Assembly (NCBI GenBank): GCA_951406725.2 | Contig: OX597822.1 | Coordinates: forward strand, 46,872,001-46,936,000 | Direction of reading: 5' to 3' | From: Octopus vulgaris | Lineage: Eukaryota | DNA length: 64,000 bases | Part shown: positions 14,481 through 26,300 of the stretch, piece after piece | How positions within the stretch are numbered: the first letter of the stretch is position 1 | Layout of the letters: each line of letters begins with the position of its first letter | Notes under the pieces: model-generated | Told to the model about the DNA's origin: nothing | Databases searched by the model: none | Seen by the model: the letters and a program-made list of their open reading frames with translations, nothing else | Program-made: the position numbers and the translations under genes

Positions 14481-15551
14481 CCTGAAAGTAGCAAAACTTA
14501 GTAATTGGTCTGAAAGAAAATTAGACATACATTTAGTAGCGGAACATTATAACAATAACAAATATATAATATTAAAAGTCGACATATTCTTTTTAACTGT
14601 TGATGATACACAAAAAATAATTTCCTTTTTGGAATCAGCAGAAAAAATGGATTGATAAACAATAAAAAAGATACAATAAACAAATTTTTTTTTGAAAATT
14701 GTACGTTGTGTAATGCTTGTCCTTGGGGAGCCCTGTCATTGTCATCCCATCCACCTACCCCCCCCCCCCCCAACACATTTCATCCCCTGAGAGCAGAATA
14801 TGCAAATGCTACACCCTCCACCACCACTGCGTGTCATTTTCAGTTATGTTTTAAGCTAATTTGAAATAAAATATTGGCATTAATTTTTGAAGCAGTGCTT
14901 TTGAGAACAGAAATTTTATTTTGACATTTTTATTGCGAGTTCTTTGTTTACAATTTAGTCTTTCATTCCCAATGTCATATAAGATAAAGTTAGGCTGGAA
15001 TATGTGACAAACCATTTAACTAAAGAGAAAACTCTTGTCTTGTTAGATAATATGTGGAGTTAAGTTTGGTTTTTGTCTCTAAGAAAGCAAGGCTTGTAAA
15101 TTAAGTAACTGGGAGCCTCTTACTAAATCTTTCAAATGACAGCCTATTATTTGAAAAATAAATGTATATTGGATAAGTCTTCTATACATTCAGCATCATT
15201 GCTGTTTTCCATGCTGGTATGAGTTGGATGTTTTGACAGGAGCTGGCAAGGCTGGGAGCAACACCAGGTTCCATTGTTTTAGCATTGTTTCTACAGCTGG
15301 ATGCCCTTCTTAACACCATCCACTTTACAAAGTATATTGGGTGTTTTTTTATGAGGCACTAGCATATTTTTCTTGGTTGGTTCATTCAACTAAAAAATTC
15401 TTTGAGGTGCCCCAGCATGGCCACAACCTGAACTGAAACAAGTAAAAGAAAAATTATAGCAGCCTCTGTCTTTTTGCAGTTATTTAAGAACATCAACTGG
15501 TGATTATATATATATATGTATCTAATGTTTGAAATGTTAATATATTTGCAG

Positions 15552-15661
15552 CTATCGGAAACTTGCTTTAAAATGGCATCCAGACAAAAATCCTGACAGA
15601 AAAGATGAAGCTGAAAGAAAATTCAAAGAAATATCTCAAGCCTATGAAGTACTTTCTGACA
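15552..15661 (+). CDS. DNAJB6: DNAJB6-like coding exon 2 ([36 protein letters not shown]), contains the HPD motif
   Basis: tttgcag| acceptor, A|gtaagt donor, 110 nt, phase 2 to phase 1, in frame with exon 1; canonical WHPDKN. Confidence 0.97.
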
Positions 15662-16149
15662 GTAAGTACTCACTCCTTTTCATGCCATTTCGATCACATT
15701 CTCTCTTTCTCTCTCTCTCTCTCTCTCCTTTTGAGGAGTTCATAAATGAGTATCATTTCACCTTTTTGACATCAATGTTAGGCGTGGTGCATCCCTCTCC
15801 TCCTCCAAAGGTTCCTTATTCTCCTTTCTGAAACCTGTCAATGCTGCTTTCAAGATTTTAGATGATTTTGAAGCCTATTAAGTCCCAGATTTAAAACATT
15901 GTATTGATATCGAAGTTAATTTAGATAATTTAATGGAATAAAATCAGTAACTAGATGGAGGTAATCAGCTCTAGTTTTTGCAGAGCCAATTGGGTGAAGA
16001 CCAATTCTTTAAGTACAAGTGTTCAGTTGCTGATTAGCAAGTAATTTCTTTATAATTGGTTTATAGTATATTATTTTTATCATTTATTTTTTTTACTAAT
16101 GGCAAAAGAAACTTGCTTTCCCAGGGGTGTAGCAAAAATCCAGATCTGT

Positions 16150-16250
16150 AGTTAATGTAATTGATCAACGTCTTCTACCCAAAAGCCTTAATAATTTCTA
16201 ATTTAGGCACAAGGCTTTTGGGTAGAAGATGTTGATCAATTACATTAACT
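16150..16250. repeat. 40-bp inverted repeat with a 21-nt loop in intron 2
   Basis: 16150-16189 is the reverse complement of 16211-16250 with one difference (a G.U pair in sense RNA). Confidence 0.95.
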
Positions 16251-17924
16251 CCAATTTTTGCTTAGTATTTTACTAAGAACCAAAAGTAAAGTTGACCTCA
16301 GGAGGTTTTGAATTTTTTTCAAGTTTCATTGCTAAGTATTTTGGATTAATACTCGGATGTAGAAACAATGAGAAGTTGGGTGGAGAGTCACCTACTCAGC
16401 CCAAAGATTATGGGGGGGGGGGGCAAAATTTTACAATATGCTGATCTTTGTTACCCATAGGTTAAAAAACAAAATATCCAAATATAGAACTGACAAAATT
16501 GTGGAGTAACATTTATATATGTTGTCTTGAATATTTATTACCCAACAAAGTTAGACATAACATCTACAAGGAATGAGGCAGAAATTCACAATCAACTTGA
16601 GTGTGTGTCTGTCCATTTCTTCTTGGTTTAATGTAGCTTGTCTCTCTTGTTCTTTATCCAGTCATTTGAAAATTTGTTTTTTCTGTCTGTCTCCACAGAT
16701 TCTTTACTTTGTCTTTACACTAATTTTTTGTAAATGGTAAACTGTTGCTTTGTTTTGGACTAGCAACCTACCATTTCTATAAATTTTCTCTAGAATTGTT
16801 CAAACCTACTTGCTCATCCACTTCATGTCATCCTTACTATCTTAAAACTCACCAACCCCATTCTAAAACTTTGTTCAATCCATTCATAATTTTCTAACCA
16901 AGCACATTTTGCAGAAGTTCAAGCCGAATACCAAACATCAGCCTTCTGACTTTCTTTATATCTCTTTATTGACCAACACTTTACAATTAACTTAGAATAT
17001 TGGGTTGTGTATCATTCACAATTTAAAATTTCTCCAGGTTGCTTCTCAGTAAAAAAAAAAAAAAAAATGTTTAATTTTATTTAAATAAAATGTATCTACT
17101 ACTGTCATAGGAGCTGAGGACCATTATGGAAGATCAAAACTTATGGGGAAAACGTGTGGAAAAGTAGGGGCATCCTAAGGGACGACCTAGATAGATAGAT
17201 ACTGGTCTAATTTTAAACAATTCTTTGTCGTTATATATGAAAGTGATGAGGTAGTCAGCATAGTGAGTTCTTACCAAGCTAACCTCAGTCATTTGTTATA
17301 GTTAACTAAGCTCTTTATAAGTAGAAGTGACAGGCAAGACACTCCAATTTTCACCCAGCCCAAAATCTCACTTGAGTTGATTTTTGTTTTGCATCTTGCT
17401 CAACATTGAATTGGATTACAGAATATTTCTACTACCGAATTGATCAGTCAACCATCCTCAGAAATTTAAGGCCATTTGCCAATATACAAAATAAGGGTTG
17501 AGAGGTAAATATAGTTGGATGCCAGGATAAATGCTTTGTGTTAAGTATATTACTCTACAGACTAAATTTTACTTTTTTTTCTTTTTCTTTTTCTCTCTCA
17601 CATAAGTACTAGTAATATATTTTGACTCATTATTGCTGGTGGAAATAAATTCAAATAACTAATAATAGTGATAGTTTAATGTGTGAGGGGAGCTTGAAAT
17701 AGATTTGTGCAATAATTGTGTTGGTTAATTCTACAAATTTTGACATACATGGTTTTTACAATGTGAAGTGTTTGTGTGTGTACCCTATTGTATGATACAA
17801 ATAGCTGGTTCAACTCATTACCATATTTTATTTACATAAGGCTGGGTTTTTTAAAAACTTTTTCTACATCTATAACATTCATGTCTATAACTATATCTAA
17901 GCTCTCGTGGCTTTTATTTTTCAG

Positions 17925-18107
17925 AACAAAAGCGAGATGTCTACGATCGCTATGGACTTGAAGGCCTCACAGGAATGCACACCGATGGTCACCCTGGTTC
18001 TGGATTTGAATTTAGCTTTGGTTACCCTGCTTTCCACTTCAGGGATCCTGAAGAAGTGTTTAGGGAATTCTTTGGAGGAAGAGATCCTTTCGCAGAATTC
18101 TTCTCAG
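17925..18107 (+). CDS. DNAJB6: DNAJB6-like coding exon 3 ([15 protein letters not shown]...[25 protein letters not shown]), J-domain end plus G/F region with autoinhibitory helix
   Basis: tttttcag| acceptor, G|gtatgg donor, 183 nt, phase 1-1; [18 protein letters not shown] matches DNAJB6 [18 protein letters not shown]. Confidence 0.96.
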
Positions 18108-19112
18108 GTATGGTAGGGGAAATAACCCACGATTTTCTTCCTGGTATCACCTGAATCAATCCCAACCTTTTGTATAACTTTGAATCCTTTTTCCAGTCAA
18201 TTACATAATTGTCCTGTTGTGTACATTCAAGTCACACAGAGGTATTATGAAATAGAAATCCTTTCAGCATGTTGACAATTCTGGTGCTTAAATTTTCTTT
18301 TCAAAGAAGTGTGTTAAGTTTAAGTTTTAAATGTTACACACATCAGTTTGCTCCCATTTGGCCTTGATCAAGCCAATGTTTTAAGGGCTGCTCTATCTAG
18401 TTTATATTAAGACAGTATGTTGCATTTTGAAAATGATTTAGCATCTATATCTAGCAGGTCATGTAATCATATAGAAGCTATTTTATTGATTCAACATTTT
18501 TAAAAATTAGGTTGGCACTCATATATTGTAAGACTAGCTTTTTCATGCTGCTAAAGTTATTTCTGATTATTTTCATTTAAGCAAATAGGATTGTCTTGAC
18601 AATTTAATATTCCTGTTTTGAATCCATTACACATCAGAATTGAAGTGGGGAAAAAATTTGGTGTGAACATGAATTATACATTTCAAAAATTTTTCAAAGA
18701 CTGATCTTCTCCTTGCATGCCTCCTGACTGTTCTGTTGCCAGCTTAAGTAAATATCTTAACTGCCAAAGTCTTGGTGATACAGTCCTATTAGTTTATATA
18801 GGTGTCATGAAGATGTACAATTCATTAAAAAGCGAATGTTTGATTAGCTTGCAGTGTTATGCTCCAATACTGTTGTAAAACTTGCAATAGACTGCTGTCT
18901 TATCCAGAACAAGGCTGTCTCATAACTGTTTACTGCTTTGAAAACTGGAATATGCTCTTGGTAACTATGGTGGATAAGAGATTTTTTTTATAAAGCTTTT
19001 TGCTGTATTTCTATAGAGTACGCCATTCTAGAATTTCTGTTCTTTTTACTAAGCTTATTTCCTGTACGGTGTTTCATAAACTTGTCGATTTGCCTGTCTT
19101 TTTTTTTTTTTT

Positions 19113-19157
<45 letters not shown>

Positions 19158-19473
19158 GTGTTCTGCATGTTTTTTCTCAACTCCTAATTATGAAAATGGC
19201 ATCCTTCATTCACAATGAAGGGGTTCTAGTTAGATGAGTCTTTTGGTAGGAATTTGTAAGAATAGTGCTTGTTGTGGTTAGATTGTACAAGTCTCAACAA
19301 AGCCACTCATTGCTTTCATGTGTTCGTTTCAACCTCACCTGACCTGCTAAAAAGTCAGCAGTTGACTTCTCCACTATGTTCAGCAGTAACAACTTACTGA
19401 CCAAAAGCCTGCTACTAATATCAATAAATTCAGAAAGTGTCAATGGATCATAGTATTATTCTATTGGTTCTAG

Positions 19474-19594
19474 GCGGTCGAACATGCAGAATTCAACCAA
19501 ACGATAGAATGTTTCAACATTCTTTTCCAGGCTTTCCTAGTCCATCCCTTTTTGACCCATTCCTTGATGAGTCTGTCTTCAATGCTGGCCCAAG
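19474..19594 (+). CDS. DNAJB6: DNAJB6-like coding exon 4 (GRTCRIQPNDRMFQHSFPGFPSPSLFDPFLDESVFNAGP); in-frame alternative start at 19531
   Basis: ttctag| acceptor (or tcttttccag| ending at 19530), strong AAG|gtaagt donor; open frame, phase 1 to 2, which is the phase change needed between exon 3 and exons 5/6. Confidence 0.8.
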
Positions 19595-22500
19595 GTAAGT
19601 TGAGAATTTTTTATTATTGTTAGCAGACAAAGCACTGGGATGGGTAAATTCTCTCTTCAGTTAATGAAAATAGAATCTGCTTCACCTGCAGATTGTTGGT
19701 GTTTTTTTTTTCTTCCCCTTCTATTAATGTCTTGCATGATATTTTTGCACTGGAACTTCCAACTACTGCTTATTCATTTAATACCAAATAACAATTTATT
19801 AAAATATTTTTAAACTGTTTTTTGAGATGTGCAAACAGGTTGGTTGTTTTTGTTAACTTTAAAACACTATACCAAGTAAATAGTTGGCCTCTTAAATTTC
19901 TACATTGTATAAATCATTAATTAGAAAAAATTAGAGGTCCAGTCCCTGTTGTTCACTTAATTTTTAACTGGGATCATCTTGGTATTGCTGTTGCAAATTT
20001 GTATCTACTCTCCTAGAAATTGATGGAAATATTTTAACTAATTCTTTGCACTATTGATTGTGCAATGAAAAACATTATTTCCAGTATAAAAATCTATAAT
20101 TTATACATGATGTTTATTTGTTAATTTTTATATATTAAATATTCTCATTTAACCAAGAACGTACTCTCCAGTTTGCACATCTAGAACATATTTTCATTCT
20201 TCATTAAACTTCTTATTGTATTGATTTCCTGTTTACTTCTTTTAAATGTTCATCTTATTTGTTCACCTGCCTATTACAGAAGTTAATGTAATTTGACTTA
20301 GCAAAAGATTGTTTTAGGAATGCAATGTTAGAAGAAAAACTAAAATTTCGATTCAAACCTGATGGTTGTTTCTTGTGAAGTAATTCATTAACATTTGGAA
20401 GAACAGGTCAATAATATCTCAAGGATATGTGATAAGATTTTCTTTGCTACGACATTGGTTCCTGTCTTGAAGCCACTATGTGGTATCTTATGCAAGTAAT
20501 AACAAAAGCCTTGTGAATGAAATTTTGGCAGATAAAATCTTTTTTTGGAACCCATTAGATGTGAATCAGCATAGAATGACTTAAATTGCTGGGTTGAAAA
20601 ATGTAACTAGTGTCGCCCATTACCCATTTTTCATCTTGAATCTCACTGTTTACATCTGACATCTCAATATGAAACATAACAAAAATCAGTGCTGGTTATA
20701 ATTCCTATAGAATAATGTAAAGAGCACTGCTAACACAGAACATGGTATGGACTTATAAAAATATTTAGTATAGTTAGGTTTCATAACGAAATACCACGTA
20801 CCTACAAATCATTTGTATTTACATACCAGCTTCCAGGAATGCATTTAATATTTAAATTGATATATCGAATAACTTTACACTGCTATGTGTGGTGGCTATT
20901 TAAGCAATTTGTTCGAGGATGATTAAGGGTTAGATGGGTGCTGATGAAGAGGCAAAACCCCACTGCACAATATACCCATTGTCCATTTTTAATCTTCAAT
21001 CAGATTGTTTACATCTGATATCTTGTATATGAAATGTTATAGCAAAAATCGGTGCTGGCTATAATTTCTTAACCTTAACAAAATAGTTCTGTTTGTCCCT
21101 GATGTAATCAGAAAACAATTGCCAAAAGTACTGGGGTCAGCAAAGATGTTTTGAAGATGGTACCTCAGCATGGCTGCATTCCAATGAGTGAAGCTTGAAT
21201 TTTCAAAGTTACAGTGTTAGTAGCAGTATTTTAATATCAAATAGTTGAAGTCTGACTCAACTCAATGAGGCTACCATTTAAAATATAGTAATAACTTTTC
21301 TGTTAGTATGTGACCACAGATACGGGATGCTTAGATTACTGCAACCAGTGATTTGTCAAATATTAACATCTGTCCAGATGTACATGTGTTGCTTATCCAA
21401 TTAAATTCATTAATCAACATTTAGTCATGGATTTTTCTAATTACATAGACATGTTGCCATATTGATAGCAAAGTTATGAAGTTGATGGCTTTCAAAAGTG
21501 ATAGTAAAATCAAAGCTTCACTCACAGAATGAAGCCATATTTATCTTGAGACTTTAGTGCAGCATTGCAGAATCCTAAAACTGATAACAGGTCAGATTCA
21601 AGGCAAGACTGATCACACTAACTTAAGACCATGCCTTATTTACAATTTTATAATTCAGAAATATTTTTATTTTTAGAATGCATTACTTTTAAACTTGAAT
21701 TTCTGGTTAACATTAAATTTTTGTTTTTTAAATTTTACAATTGCTCTTAGAAAGCTTGTTTCATTTAATACAGTTGTAATCTAATTATCTCATTAATGTC
21801 TTATATAGTGTTTTTTTAGTTTAATTATAAATGGTTTCCACCCACCCATTTATACAATATTCCTTGTTCAGAAATCACATTAAGAGCAGCATTTATTTCA
21901 AATTCTATCCTATTGCTTTTACCCTGTTATACATCCAGTCTCTTGCACCATGTTTATTTTTTCTTTTTCTTACCTACCTACCTACAAATTATTCACCTTC
22001 GCCTATCCATACCCTTCTTTGGGCAGAGAAAATAACAATCCTAGATTTAGGATTGACAAATGTTCTTTGCAACACACCCTTTCTCTTCCCTCACTCATAC
22101 ACTATGCACCTTGCACAGTCTGCTTTTTAGATTGTCACTCATTTTTGGGTAGCATAAGTTTAGCTATTTCCTGAAATTTGGTGCATATGTTTAACTTTTC
22201 AGAAGCACTGTTTATTAATGCAATTTTTATGTTAATGATGCAAGCAGTGTAATTCTTAACTTATTCTGGTTGTGGTTTTTTAAAACCATACAGTCAATTT
22301 TAACTTTATTATATTCTTCTGAATTTAATAAAACTTTCTTTACTCATTGTTATGAACTGTCTTCATTTTATTTTTCATTTATTTTACAATCTCATTGAAT
22401 CTTCTATGAAACTGGAGATTGCCCCATATTTAGTAATTAAGACTATTCGGGTGCTCAACTACTTTAAAAACATTTTGACATTGTTCTTTTATTTTCTGTG

Positions 22501-23211
22501 ATTTTATTTGTATTGTTTGCTGATATTTCTAAAGGACTAATACTTCTAAACACATCAAATATTAGAACTGCAATTTGTTTGCAAAATTAATGCAGAAATG
22601 AACTTCACATTTTATTAAAGTTGTGTAACTTTAAATGTTTTTATTTCTCCATTGTCTTAAGTGCCTTACCATTTTCACTTGTTACTTTTGTTCAGTTTCT
22701 GCTTACTCTGTCTAGTGTAGGGTGTGTGTCTGTCTGAGCACTTTTTTTCCTTTTCACACATTTAACATTTCTAACATTAACATTTTATGTTGCATGTTGT
22801 TTAATTATCCACTGGTATCTGTTTGCCACCACCCACCCCACATCTTCCAAAGATGTTCACTTTGATATTATTTTGTTTCAATATTGCTCATCTAGCTGAA
22901 ACATCTATCAGCTATTGATTTCATTCACTATTACATGTATTGCCATTCTGAGCTGTGATCGAGTAATTCATATCTGATGCTAACAACAGAGCACTGTTCT
23001 AATCATTCCCACAAACCTTTGCTCAAAGTTAGTTGTCTATCTCTCTAATCATGGATACCAGTGGACTGGGTTTTGGGGTTGGATACCTGGTGTTTCTTTC
23101 CATCACAAGCATGGTTGTCTTTGCACCCTTTCTCTGTGACCTACAACTTGGGGGTCACTCTCATATTGGCTGAATCCTTTCTGCCCACTGAAAGCCCGAG
23201 TATGTTTTCAG

Positions 23212-23361
23212 TCGAAGGCGACACCACAATAGACGTCACAGAATGGAGCAACAACAACAGCAGGGAGTCAGCCGCAGACAACGAACACCATTTGGATTTG
23301 CACCGTTTGGTTTGGGCATACCTTCTTTCTTTGATGACCCATTTGAATTGGCACCAGCAGG
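23212..23361 (+). CDS. DNAJB6: DNAJB6-like coding exon 5 (RRRHHNRRHRMEQQQQQGVSRRQRTPFGFAPFGLGIPSFFDDPFELAPAG)
   Basis: tgttttcag| acceptor, GG|gtaact donor, 150 nt, phase 2-2, open and G/F-rich, GC- and CpG-richer than the flanking intron. Confidence 0.8.
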
Positions 23362-26300
23362 GTAACTAAATGTTTCTTTAATTTTTCTGGCTTTTAATTA
23401 CCTGCAATTGTTTTTGATTGATTTGATAATGCCTGCTTTTCACTTTGGCATGACAGTTTTTACAACAACAAGCAACTGACATCTGTCTCATCTCCCAAAC
23501 AATTAGTTGAGATATTCAAACTGCTAAATCATTCTCGTCACTATATTTATTATAGTTTAATAATGCACCTCATGTAAGAAATTACCTGCAAGATGTGTGG
23601 ACCTTATTAATATGTAGGTCTACTCTGTCAGAAAAAAAACCCGGCTAGCACTGCAAATTGCGTTTCTTATTTGCATCTATTGAACAAGATGCCATATTTG
23701 GCATATAAGACACTTTATTTCCAAAACATTGTCTCAAAAAAAAAAAAAGACTCACCCTGGGTTCTATATGTTAAGTTGGGCCTATATTATATGCTTTAAT
23801 GCATAAAGAACTTTTTTCCCATATAGGCATTGCCAAAATTGGGGTGCAACTTTTATGTCATCAAATACAGATTTTTACATTTGTTTGGTTGATAGTATGA
23901 AACACCAAAATTTTTTTGTTATAGATTCTGCAAATGTTTACAACCACCTTGTCTTTGCTTACAATTTAGCAAATATAGAAATATACCCCTTTGCAAAAGA
24001 GGGTTCTAGAACAAAAATATTTCTTTTTAATGGTCAGTGAATTTTAAGAGTGAATTATATTAATACTATGTGGAAAAGAATACAAGTTGAAATTATTACT
24101 GGTTTGCAAATTTGGCTTGCCAAAAATGAACCACCATTAATATGTCATTGATATTGATGGTGGTGGAATTCCATCATTTATTACTTTCTTGTCCACTACA
24201 ACTCTTTACTCTCTCTCTCTCTAGTTATCAAGCACTAATATATCTGATACAGTATATAGTATCTCAGAAATTTACAACAGCCAATTGTTCAGGGATATCT
24301 TTCTCCCTAAACAAGCTCAATATCAGTTTTGTTAATCAGACAGAATTTTTGAATTTTAATATTTGATGGTCTCAACCTAAAATGGAACTTCTATAGGAGA
24401 TTCTTTCTACACCTTATTTCATAAAAGGTATTCACTAAAATATAACAAAACTAATTAGCAATTTTCAAGATTAATTACCAAATGTAGGAGACGGTTTGTT
24501 TGGCATCGGCTTTTAATCAAAGGCTGCTTGAATGGCTTTTGCTTCAGCAACGCTCTTCCAATACTAACTAAAATGTGGTTTGTTAATGTCATGAATATAT
24601 TGTTTCTTCAAAGAATGATTGCATCTGCTCAGTTCTATTAATCCTATAAAACTAGTATTAGTTATTTAACTGAAACTAAAACCACGGTTTTCTTAAGTTA
24701 TTTTTCTTTTTAGGGTTGATAGACTTTAGTTTAAGGTTTCTCTTTATTTTATAAACAAGGTTTCTATAGTTGTTTGAACATTGAATTATAGTTCAAGAAG
24801 ACTAATTTACCATAATTTATTCTAGCTCTGCAGTTTGTTCCACTGCAATAATATCTTTGTGAAATCTTATCTACTGAAGCCTTCTAGTTATCTTCAACCC
24901 CTGGACATTGGTATTGGGTCCTAGGGCTCAGAACCAATCACCTGTTGTCTCTGGCATATAGGTGACTGAGAACTACAACATTCTCCCTGAATGAAATGCT
25001 AATCTCTCAAAGTTACTCATTTACAGCTGAGTGTTCTGGAACTATGTAAAATGAAATGTGCTCAAGAACACAATTTGCTGCCTGATCCAGGAATTGAAAC
25101 CACAATCTTGCAATCATGAGTGCAACACTGTAACTACTTGGTCCCAGGCCTTTACCTTCAATGTATGAGGTGAAGGGAATATGCCACATTGAGTCCTGTA
25201 ACCTAGTGTATCCTGAAGAAATCAACCTGATGTTTCATCTCTCTTAACTATAATAAACTATTTGCTAATTTTGCAGTAAATTCTTCGAACCCTGCAGCAC
25301 CTAATTTACAACTCAATGGATTGGCTGGGTCTATCTGAAAGTTGTCCATTCCACAGACCTAATGCAGATATTGGTCACTGCCAATATCTAATTGAATGAT
25401 AGCTCTTATCTTTCCCAGCGGTGTTAGAGTAAATAAAACTTCTAAAGATCCTTTCAATAACAATGTGAAACACCTTTTAAGCTGTTCATATTGAAGTTAT
25501 AATTTTATATTGTAGTTTTACATAAAAATCTTTTATATTCCAAAACCCAGTTTGAAATAGCAATGAAGAAAAAAAGGCTAATTATTTTACTAAATCCAAA
25601 TTATTTTTTTTATTTATTGGAACTTGGGAAATATATTTCATTAGAAATATAAATCACAAAGCTAACATAATTAGAAGTACTAGCATTTAATGATTCTTGA
25701 TTTATAATTATGGATTTTGAACTGAGTGAATTTGACCTATTGGTGGTTACTATGTTGTATTTACAAATTGCCAGACCTGATCTTTTCTGATCCATAAGAA
25801 AGATCCCCATGGTCTGGCTCTCAACTGCTCTTTTTGTAGTGTTGATTTACCACCTGTATTTCCTATTTAAGTCTACTGGTCATATTTTGACCAGAAAAAT
25901 AAAATATGTTGCTAGTGACACACAAACTAAAAACCTATCAGCAGGATGTGAGGCATTATAACTTGTTTGTGCATTGGAGTATGTGATTAAAACTCTTAAC
26001 ACACATATTGATATGGTTTTTCTAAGTGCATGTCTATAGCCTCCAAACCATAACTTTTCATTTCAAATAACCATATCATATTGGAAATCTTTTTCTTTAT
26101 ACTGCTTAGATTCCCCAGAAAAATACAAATGTTCTATTTGAAAGCCTCTTTACATATGTTATCAGCTTTGTAAGTTGGGGTGTACCAAAGTTGTCCGGTA
26201 CAACGAAGTACTACATGAAACGTCTTGCTCATTATACAAAGCCTAGGTTACATCTTCGTCAATGTATACGATTATACTTATCTCTATAAACTGATTCCTT

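Larger units (their letters stand above)
12285..14710 (-). mobile_element. Full-length, degenerate Chapaev3-type (CMC) DNA transposon in intron 1
   Basis: TAA|CACAATGTAACA ... TGTACGTTGTG|TAA (3-bp TSD, CAC..GTG ends, about 80-bp imperfect subterminal inverted repeats); encloses the transposase remnants listed next. Superfamily label is from recalled family signatures. Confidence 0.75.

Noticed and set aside
20941-20970. Other CTGANGA hits (also at 6574, 34694, 50901 and 53229) tested as hammerheads
   Set aside because: They lack a stem II-GAAA-stem III arrangement with a closing stem I.
23051-23173. 40-codon hydrophobic ORF MDTSGLGFGVGYLVFLSITSMVVFAPFL... and the overlapping 102-aa ORF-track entry
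   Set aside because: No phase-compatible splice acceptor; the real exon uses the frame starting at 23212, and the 102-aa ORF is its off-frame shadow.
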